A stretch of 64,000 bases of DNA from Eledone cirrhosa (taxonomy: Eukaryota), in contig OZ024759.1 in NCBI GenBank assembly GCA_964016885.1, positions 26,350,001 through 26,414,000 of the forward strand, in the 5' to 3' direction. How positions within the stretch are numbered: position 1 is the stretch's first letter; each line of letters starts with the position of its first letter. A program made the translations under genes and the position numbers. Of the stretch, positions 45,290 through 60,074 are shown in pieces. The notes beneath the pieces were generated by a model. The model made no database searches. It saw only the letters and a program-made list of their open reading frames with translations, and had not been told where the DNA came from.

Positions 45290-45530
45290 ATGATTTAGTG
45301 ACTCATATTTCACAATTTTACTCAATCTACACACATTTAACATTACTTAGACACACATTTCACAATTGTATTCAATCTACATATATTTAACAGTGATTCA
45401 GACACCCATATTTCACAATTTTACACAATCTACATATATTTAACATTGACGAAGACATACATATTTCACAGTTTTACTCAATGTACATATATTTAACAGT
45501 GACTTAGACACACATACTTCACAATTATAT
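45290..45530. repeat. Degenerate tandem repeat of about 52 bp
   Basis: TTTCACAATTTTACTCAATCTACATATATTTAACAGTGACTTAGACACACATA recurs about 4.5 times. Confidence 0.82.
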
Positions 45531-45757
45531 TCGATACTTGGGGTTGTAGAGTTTGGCTATATTATAAAGATCTAGGACCCGACGGCTGAGCTCTTGCTGT
45601 TTCAACAGCTATTTCCAGTTTGTATCTTGTATCTCTTATTCCTGTGTTTTCTATTCAAGCTTGTTAATTAGTATAGTGACACCTATCTATATTTCATACA
45701 TACCCTCTCTCGCTTTATTTGTTTCTCAATAACAACCTCTTATTCTAGTGAAAGTAT

Positions 45758-45792
<35 letters not shown>

Positions 45793-46231
45793 ATATAGCT
45801 GTCGAAACGGCCGGAGCTCAGCCGCCGGGGTCCTGACTCCTTTCCTATATATATATATACATACACACACATACAATGGAGTGCATAAGTATTACTTGGG
45901 CTAGCGATGACAGATCAAAGACCGCTACATTTGATCATACCCATTGTTTATTTCAACAGGCTAATTTTTAAGGCCGACAGCCGATATAGCTTCATTGAAC
46001 CACGTTCACTTGCTGGTCCCTCTCTCTCTTATTATAGTATAGATTACTGTATAGGTAATCTAGTAGTGATACAAACTATTTTTCTAAACCATGATTCTTT
46101 TCAACCTCTGCTAGATCTCCCATTCGTGGTATGCGCATATTAGTCGCAGGGAAGATTTTTTTGGACGTTTTTTATAGCTATCTCGAGTGTTTTGCTGAGT
46201 GTTGTGTTTTTCGCAACGTGTAAATTAAAGC

Positions 46232-46552
46232 CCTAAGATGCTGCCCTTCTAAGGCTTCTGGTAATGAACCTAAGCGCAAGAAAAAGGTTATGACGCTCCA
46301 TGAGAAGGTACAACTGGTGGATATGTTCCAGGAAGGCAAACGTTATACCGCAGTAGGTCGCTATTATGGCGTCAACGAAAGCACCATACGCTACATACAG
46401 AAAAGAGAGACATGTGATCAGGACTACCGGAGCAGTAAGTTTCTGTGAAAGTGCCAAAAGGATAAGGACAGTGAGAAATAAGCACTTCGTCAGGATGGTA
46501 TCTGCCTTGGCATTGTGGATCAGCGACTGCAAAAAGAAAAATATCCCCTTCG
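46232..46552 (+). pseudogene. Tigger/pogo transposase N-terminal fragment (HTH-psq and CENP-B HTH), frameshifted
   Basis: Encodes KASGNEPKRKKKVMTLHEKVQLVDMFQEGKRYTAVGRYYGVNESTIRYIQK, then after a frameshift IRTTGAVSFCESAKRIRTVRNKHFVRMVSALALWISDCKKKNIP. No DDE domain is present. Confidence 0.85.
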
Positions 46553-46767
46553 CGGTAAAATCACCAGCGAAAAGTCAGGGAAATAATACCCGCAGTTCAA
46601 TACAGAAGACGTGTGAGATCTGTGTGTGTGGTAAGTCCCGATATTTTACATCTAAAACATTCGGATTAACACACTGGAACATGTAATAAATCTAACCATG
46701 CTCACCTCCAACTAAACAATACAAATGACAAAAATTGGTGGGAAATATCAGGCACACTTTTATACTT

Positions 46768-46819
46768 TTATACATATATACATATATACATATATATACT
46801 TATATATATAGATATATAC

Positions 46820-46886
<67 letters not shown>

Positions 46887-46897
46887 ATATATATATG

Positions 46898-46980
<83 letters not shown>

Positions 46981-47022
46981 CATATATATATATATATATT
47001 ATATAAATATATATATATATAT

Positions 47023-47072
<50 letters not shown>

Positions 47073-47197
47073 CATATATTTATATATACATATATATATA
47101 TATATATATACATATACATACATATATATATACGTATATATACATACATATATATATATACATACATATATATATATATATACGTATATATACATAC

Positions 47198-47230
<33 letters not shown>

Positions 47231-47277
47231 CGTATATATACATACATATATATATACATACATATATATATACATAC

Positions 47278-47310
<33 letters not shown>

Positions 47311-47315
47311 CATAC

Positions 47316-47346
<31 letters not shown>

Positions 47347-47367
47347 CATACATATATATATACATAC

Positions 47368-47398
<31 letters not shown>

Positions 47399-47500
47399 CA
47401 TACATATATATATATACATATATACATATATATATATACATATATATACATATATATATACATATATATATACATATATATATACATACATATATATACA

Positions 47501-47552
<52 letters not shown>

Positions 47553-47652
47553 CCTACATATATATATACATATATATATACATACATATATATATATATA
47601 CAATCATATTATATATATATATACACATACATATATATATACGTATATATAT

Positions 47653-47683
<31 letters not shown>

Positions 47684-47734
47684 CATACATATATATATAC
47701 ATACATATATATATACATACATATATATATATAC

Positions 47735-47765
<31 letters not shown>

Positions 47766-47770
47766 CATAC

Positions 47771-47816
<46 letters not shown>

Positions 47817-48043
47817 GTACATATATATACATATATATATATACATATATATATATACATACATATATATATATACATATATATACATACATATATATAT
47901 ATATATATACATATATATATACATGACATATATACATATATATACATATATATATATACATATATATATATACATACATATATATATATACATATATATA
48001 TATACATACATATATATATATATATATACATATATATATACAT

Positions 48044-48079
<36 letters not shown>

Positions 48080-48103
48080 CATATATATATACATACATAT
48101 ATT

Positions 48104-48142
<39 letters not shown>

Positions 48143-48149
48143 ATACATA

Positions 48150-48190
<41 letters not shown>

Positions 48191-48360
48191 ATACATATAT
48201 ATATATACATATATATATATACATACATATATATATATACATACATATATATACATATATATATATATATACATACATATATATATATATGTACATACAT
48301 ATATATACATATATATATATACATATATATATATATACATACATATATATATATATGTAC

Positions 48361-48393
<33 letters not shown>

Positions 48394-48444
48394 CATACAT
48401 ATATATATATATATATACATACAGATATATATATATATACATAC

Positions 48445-48477
<33 letters not shown>

Positions 48478-48482
48478 CATAC

Positions 48483-48517
<35 letters not shown>

Positions 48518-48690
48518 CATACATATATATATATACATACATATATATATATACATACATATTTATATATATATATATATATACATACATATATATATAC
48601 ATACATATATATATATATATATATACATACATATTTATATATATATATATACATACATATTTATATATATATACATACATATATATATAA
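46768..48690. repeat. (TA)n tract punctuated by CA/CATAC, upstream of the ferroxidase start codon
   Basis: Directly visible. Confidence 0.97.
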
Positions 48691-49139
48691 TTGTATGTAT
48701 GTGTATATGCATACACAATGAGGTAATGTTGAAGAAGAGTTTACAGGTGTGCAGTTAATTGAGGCGAGGGATGGTAATTAAGGTAAGGGCTGTGACACAA
48801 TGACACAACTTGGTGTAGAGTCGAGTGTATATTTGTCAACTTCAGTTATGTATATCCTGCCTGTTTCTTTATTTCTCTGTCTCTCTTATTATTTCTCTGT
48901 CTCTCTTATTCTCTCTTACTAAACATCTCTCAAGCACCCCTCGAAGTCTCTCACTCCCACTCTCTCTCTCTGTCATATACACACACTCATATGTATACAT
49001 CCTTTTATATATATTTATATATGTATATATACATATACATAGATTTATTTATTTATATACACGTATGTATAAACATACATTCAAAATACATACATAAAGC
49101 AAACAGTCACTAAAGAGCACCACCCCTGCTTACAATAAA

Positions 49140-49190
<51 letters not shown>

Positions 49191-49348
49191 TTAAATATAT
49201 ACATATATATACATTATATATATTCAAATATATACATATATATATATACACAGAGAGACATGCACCGAAATACAACAGACCAATAATACAAGTAGTCAAA
49301 CTAACAGTAAGATTTGTAAACCTTAAACAAGACACTCTCTCTTTCATT

Positions 49349-49497
49349 ATGTCCTTGATCCAGTTCTTGGTATACCTACTGTTATCGCTGTTAGTGGACC
49401 ATGTCTCAGCTATCAACCGTTATTATTATTTGGCAGCCATAGAGGAGGATTGGAACTACGCACCTCTAGGATATGATGTCACGGCTACTAATTTCAC
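49349..49497 (+). CDS. Ceruloplasmin/hephaestin-like multicopper ferroxidase, coding exon 1 (signal peptide and start of cupredoxin domain 1)
   Basis: ATG at 49349 translates to MSLIQFLVYLLLSLLVDHVSAINRYYYLAAIEEDWNYAPLGYDVTATNF(T): a hydrophobic leader followed by the RxYYxAxxExxWxYAP motif of CP/HEPH. Ends AC|gtaagt (phase 2). Absent from the ORF track. Confidence 0.92.
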
Positions 49498-49764
49498 GTA
49501 AGTTCAAGAGTTCAATCTTGTATCTCATCTCTTTGTTTCTGATCTGCTGGTAATGCAATTTTTATCTCTATTTACTCTGCATCATATCATGCATCGAATA
49601 TTACTCTGGTTTGTGATCTTCCAGGTCACTGCACCCAGGACTCTTTACACACACACACACACACGCATACTATAATATATATATATATATATATATAGTG
49701 GTAGAACACAGGAAGGTAATATCCGTAGTGGTAGAGCACTCAGTCCATGGGACGAGTTAGGTAG

Positions 49765-49880
49765 AAGTGTTTACACAACAGTTAGTTCACCATACCGAGA
49801 ACAATTGTTTCACCTTAGCGGATCCGCTAAGGTGAAACAATTGTTCTCGGTATGGTGAACTAACTGTTGTGTAACCACTT
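49765..49880. repeat. Palindrome with 58-bp arms and axis in GGATCC (intron 1)
   Basis: The axis lies at 49822/49823. Each arm carries the GAAAC-AATT-GTT half of a hammerhead. Confidence 0.93.
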
Positions 49881-49911
49881 ATATATATATATATATATGG
49901 GATAACAAGGC

Positions 49912-50086
49912 TACTACTGGACTAAACCTGTTTCATCCGAAGGAAATCATCAGGGCTTTCCTGATGATTTCCTTTGAATGAAACAGGTCGAGTACTACAG
50001 AAGACTTTTCTATTTTAAATATTGTATATACTCTATTATGTATTGAGTACCTTACATACTGTGGTTACTCCCGATTGAACCCGTGA
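49912..50086. repeat. Degenerate family-B inverted pair (intron 1)
   Basis: CCTGTTTCATCCGAAGGAAATCATCAGG mirrors CCTGATGATTTCCTTTGAATGAAACAGG, followed by the family tail TGTATTGAGTACCTTAC.TACTGTGGTTA. Confidence 0.8.
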
Positions 50087-50257
50087 CACACACACACACA
50101 CACTCATATATATATACACACACACGTGTGTGTGTGACATTGATGTTATTTATATTATTTGATGGATTGATAGAACGTTTGTAAATCAATTAAATAATTT
50201 TATATAATTTTATCCTTTGTTATCTTATTTTTTTTATACCCAAAACACACACATTTG

Positions 50258-50289
<32 letters not shown>

Positions 50290-50447
50290 AGTTTTTTCTT
50301 CTTGATTTGTTTTGAATTAAGATTGTGTTACTTTTTCCCTCATCTTGCATTAAATATTTTTTCATCTTGATGGTATAGTCACTTATATACCTGAATTATT
50401 ATTGTTGGCATTTTGCTTACATTAATTTTATTTTTATTTATATATAT

Positions 50448-50509
50448 AAATTCAGAAGAGGGTTCGATAAGAATTATATATAATTCTTATCGAACCCTCT
50501 TCTGAATTT
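50448..50509. repeat. Perfect palindrome with 31-bp arms (intron 1)
   Basis: AAATTCAGAAGAGGGTTCGATAAGAATTATA|TATAATTCTTATCGAACCCTCTTCTGAATTT. Confidence 0.92.
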
Positions 50510-50534
50510 GGTCTGAATAATTATTATTACTATA

Positions 50535-50748
50535 TCATCATCATACGTCCACTTTTCCCTGCTTGCAAGGGTGGGACAGGTCCTATTCAGCATCTCTCCA
50601 TTTGTCACGGTCCTTTGGCATCTCCTCCGTGAGCTTCAGCGATCTGAGATCAGCTCCCACCACCTCCGCCCATGATTTTTGTGGTCTTCCTCTACTGCAT
50701 CTTCCTTCCACTGAGATTTCTTGGCACCATCTTCCTTCCATTGGGATT
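50535..50748 (-). mobile_element. RTE-like LINE 3' end fragment (intron 1)
   Basis: Minus-strand peptide VEGRCSRGRPQKSWAEVVGADLRSLKLTEEMPKDRDKWR fits the RGRP..W...V..DL...DR..WR terminus, followed by a (TGA)n tail. Confidence 0.75.
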
Positions 50749-50925
50749 TCTATATATATGATATAACAGTTCAAATGTTTTTGATAATCTTAAATAAAAC
50801 ATTTATACACAAGCTAAACATGATAGAAAAATATGTGATGGTTCAATCTGTGGGAACCGAACCATAGATCTACTGTATCCTGTATACCATGTATATTTAT
50901 TAATTATTTTACTCCATTATTTCAG

Positions 50926-51170
50926 AGATGCTGGAATATATTTGAATCATGGCACCAACCGCATTGGACATATTTATAAAAAAGCTATCTACAAAGAATT
51001 CACTGATGCTACCTTTACTGTCGAACGAACTAAACCCTCTTGGCTTGGAATTCTGGGTCCAGTCCTTCATGCTGAACTGGGTGATATTGTCTATGTCCAT
51101 TTTTGGAACAGAGCCAGTCGACCTTATTCTGTCCATCCCCATGGAATACGGTATAACAAGAGAAATGAAG
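50926..51170 (+). CDS. Multicopper ferroxidase exon 2 (domain 1, HPHG trinuclear copper ligands)
   Basis: Acceptor ttcag|A and donor G|gtaagg. Encodes DAGIYLNHGTNRIGHIYKKAIYKEFTDATFTVERTKPSWLGILGPVLHAELGDIVYVHFWNRASRPYSVHPHGIRYNKRNE(G). Length 245 nt, phases 2 and 1 fit the neighbouring exons. Confidence 0.96.
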
Positions 51171-51199
51171 GTAAGGCCATTATTGTTTCAATACAGTAT

Positions 51200-51582
51200 A
51201 ACGACAGAAGGTGGTGGTAAGGATATATTGTGTCACTATGGCTTAGTGAGGGGCAAGTATATTGTTGTGTCAATATGGTATAGCGAGGGAAAGGGAGTTA
51301 GGATATTATGTTAATATGGTTTAACAAGGGGGAAAAGGAGGTAAGGATATTGTGTAACTAAGGTTTGATGAGGGGGAAAGGGAGGTAAGGATATTATTAT
51401 GTTAATAAGGTTTAACGAGGGGGGAAATGGAGGTAAGGATATTGTATTAATAAGGTTTAACAAGGCGGAAAGGGAGGTAAGGATATTATTGTGTTAATAA
51501 GGTGTAACGAGGAGGGAAAGGGAAGTAAGTATATTATTGTGTTAATAAGATTTAATAAGGGGGAAAGGGAGGTAAGGATATT
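51200..51582. repeat. Degenerate tandem repeat of about 46 bp immediately after exon 2
   Basis: GGGGAAAGGGAGGTAAGGATATTATTGTGTTAATAAGGTTTAAC recurs. Confidence 0.85.
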
Positions 51583-51734
51583 CAGCTGAATATCCAAGCA
51601 GTCACTCCAGTTAATTATATATATATATATCATCGTCGTTTAACATCTATCTTCCACGCTAGCATGGGTTTATATATATATAAAGGTCTATATACATAGC
51701 ATGACATAGTCTGTTCATTATATCAGTCGATCGG

Positions 51735-51921
51735 GTGGACTAGCAGTATCAGTAGAGTGTCAGACACCTTGCTTTGCAGCATAGTTATAGCTCTTTATAT
51801 TCTGAGTTCAAATCCCACTGAGGTTAGCTTTGTCTTTCATCCTTATGGGGGTCGATAAAATAAAGTACCAGTAATACACTGTGGTAATTACTAGCCTTGT
51901 GCTAAAAGTAGAAACAATTAT
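51735..51921 (+). mobile_element. SINE family 1 copy (intron 2)
   Basis: GAGTTCAAATCCCACTGAGGTTAGCTTTGTCTTTCATCCTTATGGGGGTCGATAAAATAAAGTACCAG...CCTTGTGCTAAAAGTAGAAAC. Confidence 0.8.
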
Positions 51922-52246
51922 ATCTGTCAATCTAGCTTGTTATTGTGTCGTTTCTCCCTTTGTCTCTTGTTGTTCTGCTTCCTTAGGTTTACAGTATCGT
52001 TGCTTATAGCATGGAATAGCTTCTGCCATATTGGTCTGTCGTATACATAATACCTCCAGCTGTGAAGAATGAGACCGTTTCTCAAAATTCATTGATCGTG
52101 TCCTTAATCCTCAAGAGAGGGGATCCTACATGTCAAACACCTTCCTTAAGCTCACCAAAAAGGAGTTTCTTTACAATCATCCATGCAAAAAATAAAGTGA
52201 GAGAGATGATGAGAGATATAGAGAGAGATAGAGAGAGGGAGAGAGA

Positions 52247-52309
<63 letters not shown>

Positions 52310-53379
52310 AGAGAGAGAGAGAGAACAGTAGGAGATATAGAGATAGAGTATGTGTGTAGTAGAGAGGGAAAATATAGACACATGAATAGATAGCTAATGG
52401 TAGAGAGATAAAGAGATAATGGAATATAGAGAAAGATAGAGATAGTGAGAGGTAAAGAGAGAAAGAGAAGGAGAGAGAGAGACAATAACAGATTAGAGAA
52501 AGATAGATAGATAAAGTGAGAGATAAAGAGAGAGGGATAGTAAGGGATACAGTAAGGGATGCAGCAATAATGTATGAGTGTATGTGAGTGTGTGTGTGTT
52601 TGTATGTGAGTGTGTGTATGAGTGTGTGTATGTGAGATTGTGTGTATGTGAGAGAGTATATGTCAGTGTATGTGAGAGCGTATGTGAGTGTGTGTATGTG
52701 AGTGTGTGTATGTGAGTGTGTGTATGTGAGTGTGTGTATGTGAGAGTTTGTATGTTAGTGTATGTGAGTGTGTGTGTATGTGAGTGTGTGTGAGTGTGTA
52801 TGTGAGAGTGTATGTGTGTGTTTGTATGTGAGTGTGTGAGAGTGTGTGTATGTGAGAGTGTGTGTTTGAATGTGAGTGTGTGTATGTGATAGTGTGTGTA
52901 TGTGAGAGTGTGTGTGAGTGTGTTTGTATGTGAGAGTGTGTTTGTATGTGAGTGTGTGTATATGAGAGTGTGTGTATGTGAGAGTATATGTCAGTGTATG
53001 TGAGAGTGTATGTGAGTGTGTATATGTGAGAGTATGAGTGTGTGTGTATGTGAGATAGTATATGTCTGTGTATGTGAGTGTGTATGTGGGAGTGTGTGTA
53101 TGTGAGTGTGTATATGTGAGATAGTGTGTGTGTGTGTGTGTGTATGTTGTTAAACAACAAAAACCTCTTAAACTAAACAATCCGTCTAGACAGGCTTTTA
53201 AACATCAAAAACTTGCAGACAAGAAATAATTATGGCTTTTAGTGAGAAATGTGTTCATTGTAGTTTGGTCTACAAGTTGGTGTTGAGACTTAGTTTTTTT
53301 CCTAACCTTATATTATTATATTAGTAATACTGGGGCCACTTCTATGTCTTATCCTACTACCATTTATAGACTTCATTAC

Positions 53380-55417
<2,038 letters not shown>

Positions 55418-55577
55418 TTAAGGATACTATTTATGCTTATGTATATACTTAAACTTTTTATAGTTATATATATTTTAAACCCTAAACAGTGAAAGACAGT
55501 AATTTATTACTAACTTATTACCAGTAAGATAAATAGCTCAATGTAATAACATCAGTTGTTCTACAGAGCAGTTATAT

Positions 55578-56203
55578 AGAATTCACATGAATCAAAGTTC
55601 TGTTCAAATCATTTATTAGCTTACAATTGTTTCATCCAAACCGAGGTTTGGAGTCTTCGGAGCAATTTTTCAATGATTATTTTGCCTCTCATTTATAATA
55701 TTTCTCTGCACAGAAGCTTCTTTATCATACTCAAAAAATACTTTACCACTACAACCACCATAATACTCTTGATTACCCGCTTAAAGTGCTTGTATTGCAT
55801 ATAACACCTTACCGCACAATATCCTTATATAAATAAGACACACGTGCATGCCCCACGTGTAACTATTCCATGCACTAACTACTTCAACTGACTAACAAAC
55901 TATCCTCTTGCATTATCTACGTAAACTGCCGATGTTGTATTTTAACTTTAATTTTGCTTTGATTCTGTTTTAATATGATTTTAATTTTTGAATTTAAATT
56001 GCCATGCAAAAATATTATAATGGATGTCACCCCACTGTGCGTCGATATATACATATGTATCTGTATGTCTCTTGTGTTGGAAAGGAGGTCATGTATGTAA
56101 ACAATCATTGAAAAATTTCTCAGAAGACTCCAAACCTCGGTTTGGATGAAACAATTGTAAGCTAATAAATGGTTTGAACAGAACTTTGATTCATGTGAAT
56201 TCT
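55578..56203. repeat. Inverted repeat with arms of about 100 bp and a spacer of about 420 bp (intron 2)
   Basis: 55578-55678 is the reverse complement of 56103-56203. Confidence 0.92.
55618..55663 (-). ncRNA. Hammerhead-like motif (CCGAAGA variant); the mirror copy at 56118-56162 (+) has CAGAAGA
   Basis: GCT-CCGAAGA-cTCCAAACC tc GGTTTGGAt-GAAAC-AATT-GTA-AGC. Confidence 0.65.
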
Positions 56204-56215
56204 CTCTCTCTCTCT

Positions 56216-56315
<100 letters not shown>

Positions 56316-56393
56316 GAATATATATATATATATATATATATTCGTGTATATATATATAAATATATATATACACAAATATATATATATACACGA

Positions 56394-56443
<50 letters not shown>

Positions 56444-56504
56444 GCTTATATATATATATATTTAATAATATATTTAATACATAGATATAATTTTACTTTT
56501 TGTA

Positions 56505-56547
<43 letters not shown>

Positions 56548-56754
56548 ATTTTATATGTCCTATATTTGATATTCTGTACAATGCTTTGTTACCTTTTTTT
56601 GCATTCATTTTTTTAGTAGAATATTTTAATGGTAAGTGTGTGTATCTATATGTAGTTAAGTGTATGTGGAAGTGACTGTGTGTTTGTTTATATGTCCATG
56701 TATTTATGTGTGTGTATGTGTATCACTATTGTCAGTGTCATCTGCATGTCAGCC

Positions 56755-56934
56755 ATGATCCAGCAGTCATATGACCAAACATGATCCAGCAGTCATGTGA
56801 CCAGACTTGATCCAGCAGTCATGTGACCAGACATGATCCAGCAGTCATGTGACCAGACATGATCCAGCGGTCATGTGACCAGACATGATCCAGCAGTCGT
56901 GACCAGACATTATCCAGCTGGTCATATGACCAGA
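56755..56934. repeat. 26-bp tandem repeat, about 7 copies
   Basis: (ATGATCCAGCAGTCATGTGACCAGAC)n. Confidence 0.9.
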
Positions 56935-57094
56935 GGTGTTGTGGATGTGATCTTCTCATCTATCTACATATCCATGTCAAAAATATCCAAGCTTATACAT
57001 CCTTCATTTAAAGATAGTTGACTGTGTTTTCTAGGGAGATTTAGCTACTATCTCTAGCCCAGTGGGTTCACAGATAACTCATCTTGTTATTTGA

Positions 57095-57470
57095 TCTTCT
57101 TCTTGTCATGTCCACAAGAGTGTCAGTTACAAAGCTTGGCTAGATGTGGTTCTGCCACAGCTGAACACATTGCTGTCCTTTCTCATTAAACACCGCCAAG
57201 TCCAATGCTGTGCAGGGGTGTTCCAGCAGGGGGAATATCAAGAGGTGCTGCTTGATCTGTGGTTCAATGCCCCAGTCACACACAACATCCCTATCCTTTA
57301 AATATCCCCATTTTGCAAGAGTTACTTTTGCACATTCAACACCAGATCTTAGTCTGTTTAGGCATTTCAACACTGCATAGTTTGTATCTGCTCCAGGGGG
57401 AAGTACCTCGATTGCCTTTAGCTCCATTGTTGTTGCTGAAGGGAGGTTGTTAAGTTTTTCATCCCAGCGA
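57095..57470 (-). mobile_element. Vingi/Ingi-like LINE 3' fragment in intron 2, antisense to the host gene
   Basis: Minus-strand peptide LPPGADTNYAVLKCLNRLRSGVECAKVTLAKWGYLKDRDVVCDWGIEPQIKQHLLIFP...DLAVFN matches the LNRLRTG...KWG...CxCG..QT..H...CP C-terminus of Vingi-type ORFs. It is followed by a (GAA)n-like tail near 57095-57105. Confidence 0.75.
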
Positions 57471-57509
57471 GATGTTTGATAATATGGTTGTTTATTCTTT
57501 TCTTTGTAG

Positions 57510-57722
57510 GTGCCCTTTACCTGGATAAAACTTACGGCCCTGACAAGATGGATGACATGGTACCCCCTGGCAAACGTTTCCTGTATTCCTGGAACATTAC
57601 AACTAATTTTGCACCTGCCAGAGATGATGAGAATTGTATAGCCTGGGCCTACCATTCCCATGTTCTCACCACCCGGGACACGAACACTGGACTTATAGGG
57701 CCACTCATCACATGTAAAGCAG
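57510..57722 (+). CDS. Multicopper ferroxidase exon 3 (domain 1, YHSH trinuclear copper ligands)
   Basis: Acceptor tttgtag|GT and donor G|gtaaac. Encodes ALYLDKTYGPDKMDDMVPPGKRFLYSWNITTNFAPARDDENCIAWAYHSHVLTTRDTNTGLIGPLITCKA(G). Length 213 nt, phase 1/1. Confidence 0.96.
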
Positions 57723-57731
57723 GTAAACACA

Positions 57732-57781
<50 letters not shown>

Positions 57782-58171
57782 AACTTGCTGGTGTTTCTGC
57801 TGCTGCTACTACTACTACATATTTTCATTCGATCCCCTACACTAATGACATCAATATCATTACAACCACAACCACCATCATTATCAGCATCTTCAAGATT
57901 TCAGATGTTGAGTGTGATGAATCATGTTTTCAGCCATGTTGTGATTTTGAAACCATCTATCGTACAATTAACATGAGAAACTAAGAGTAACTTGGCCACC
58001 ATATGTTGCATGATGTTGCTATTAATCAGCTACAAAAGCTCTTCAATACATGCTGAATATAACATAATACAAATGCACCCTTAATATATATATATAATGA
58101 AGGAAATGTGGTACGGAACCAGATGGACCATAACGCACCAAAGTACTCAATACTTAGGGTAGTAGAGTGGG

Positions 58172-58293
58172 TAATAGGAATGAGTAGGACCCCAACGACT
58201 GAGCTCAAGCCGTTTCGACGGCTAATTCTGAGTCCAGAATTAGCCGTCGAAACGACTTGAGCTCAGCCATCAGGGTCCTACTCATTCCTATTA
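58172..58293. repeat. Inverted repeat with arms of about 59 bp (family C, intron 3)
   Basis: The axis lies at 58231-58234. Arms carry GCCGTCGAAACG.CTTGAGCTCAG.C...GGGTCCT. Homologs lie at about 27610-27670, 37235-37292, 45572-45610 and 45797-45848. Confidence 0.9.
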
Positions 58294-58307
58294 TATATAT
58301 ATATATA

Positions 58308-58460
58308 TCATCATCATCATCATTTTATGTCCGCTTTTCCCTGCTTGCAAGGGTGGGACGGGTTCTATTCAGCACAGCATCTCTCCACTTGTCACGGTCC
58401 TTCGTCATCTCCTCCGTGAGCTTCAGCGATCTGAGGTCTGCTCTCACCACCTCCTCCCAT
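58308..58460 (-). mobile_element. RTE-like LINE 3' end fragment (intron 3), same family as 50535-50748
   Basis: Encodes WEEVVRADLRSLKLTEEMTKDRDKWRDAVLNRTRPTLASREKRT with a (TGA)n tail. It is nearly identical to the intron-1 copy, and a short inverted tail copy lies at about 58635-58685. Confidence 0.75.
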
Positions 58461-58988
58461 GTAAATATATATATATATGGTAAAGACTCCCTTCGGTCAA
58501 TCATAAAACAGCGTGCAAGAGTCTGGACGAAAGGAAAGGGCAATTAAACTTAAAAAGAAATGTTTTAAAAATCTAAAAACAGAGAAAGCAAGCTTTGCTA
58601 AATATCAATTTTTTGTAGATGTTATAAAGATCCTTGTCCCACCCTTGCAAGCAGGGAAAAGTGGATGTAAAATGATGATGATGATTGATATATATATGTG
58701 TATGTATGTATATATATATATATATATAGTAATAATAATAAATTTGAAGACTAAAATCCAAAGAGGGCTTGATAAGGATAAATATATATCAAATATATAA
58801 GAACCATAGAGCAAATATTTATTAAAAGAATATTTATTAAAAGAATATTTATATTAATATAAATATTAAAAGAATATTTATTAAAAGAATATTTATATTA
58901 ATATAAATATTAAAAGAATATTTATTAAAAGAAGATCCCATTAAGGGTGAAAGCAGCAATTTTTTGCTTAAACTTTAATGTTATTTTA

Positions 58989-59024
<36 letters not shown>

Positions 59025-59207
59025 TCATCATCATCTTTTAACATCCATCTTCCATGCTAGCATGGGTTGGACGGTTTTGTCTCACTTGAGGCAAGATTGG
59101 TCGGAAGACCGTTCTTTCTGAACCCCCTTTTTTATTATCATTTTTCTTATGTGTGTGTATATATATATATATATATAGTATTTATGACAAGGTGATTGTT
59201 ATTGCAG

Positions 59208-59541
59208 GTATACTTGATGTCCATGGAAATAGACTTGATGTGAAACAGGAATTTGTGTTGTTGAGTAAAGTTTTTGACGAAAATAAAAGTTGGTATCTCA
59301 CAGACAACCTTAAGAAATGTGGTAGTGCACATTCCTGCTATGCTGAGCATCGATCTCATGACCCTGATTTTATACAGTCCAATCTAATGTACACCATCAA
59401 TGGATATTCCTATGGCAATGGACCCGACTTCTCTACATGTACCAGGACAAGTATAGCTTGGCATATAATGGGAATGGGAAGCAATTCTGATCTCCACTCC
59501 ATACGTGTTGAAGGCCAAGTCTTCTATAAAGATCAACATTT
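59208..59541 (+). CDS. Multicopper ferroxidase exon 4 (domain 2)
   Basis: Acceptor ttgcag|GT and donor TT|gtatga. Encodes ILDVHGNRLDVKQEFVLLSKVFDENKSWYL...SNLMYTINGYSYGNGPDFSTCTRTSIAWHIMGMGSNSDLHSIRVEGQVFYKDQH(L). Length 334 nt, phase 1/2. The FDENxSWYL and MYxING motifs are typical of CP/HEPH. Confidence 0.93.
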
Positions 59542-59609
59542 GTATGAATCTTTACTCTTACATTATATTTTCATTTTATTGTTTCATACATTTAGCTATA
59601 TGGACCATG

Positions 59610-59752
59610 AATTTGCAGAGTTATCAGAATGTCAGACAAAATGCTTTATGGTATTCGTTTCGTCTTTCTGTTCTCGGAGTTCAAATCCCGCTGAGGTCAA
59701 CTTCGTCTTTCATCCTTTCGAGGTCGATGAAAAAGATACAAATCTGGTACTG
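59610..59752 (+). mobile_element. SINE family 1 degenerate copy (intron 4)
   Basis: GAGTTCAAATCCCGCTGAGGTCAACTTCGTCTTTCATCCTTTCGAGGTCGATGAAA. Confidence 0.72.
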
Positions 59753-60074
59753 CGGTGGATTCTTCCTCTACATCTCTTTCTCATTTCTTCTCTCTCACTG
59801 TCTATCTTTCTCTGGAAGAAAGCTGCTGTAAAAATGGGATCTAAGATTTCCACTATTCTTCAATTTGCAAATGATGTACTGTTGGATAAATTTATAGGAG
59901 CTATATGAACAGTAGAAACTAAAGAAGTGTTTTATATGTAAATATACATTAGTAGGTGTCACAGCATGTGGCACCCCAGATGAGGGGCCTACCTTATGCT
60001 ATCTGGCTTTTTGCCATCTCCTCAGTCCAGCCCTACTGGCTTGAGCTGGGAAGGGAATCCTGCACCATACATGC

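Noticed and set aside
57140-57730. 196-aa antisense gene overlapping exon 3
   Set aside because: It is a chance fusion of the antisense of exon 3 with a Vingi-like LINE fragment.
59542-59908. C-terminal extension of the 251-aa ORF at 59153-59908
   Set aside because: Ferroxidase similarity stops at the GTATGA donor (59542). The remainder is intron containing a SINE.
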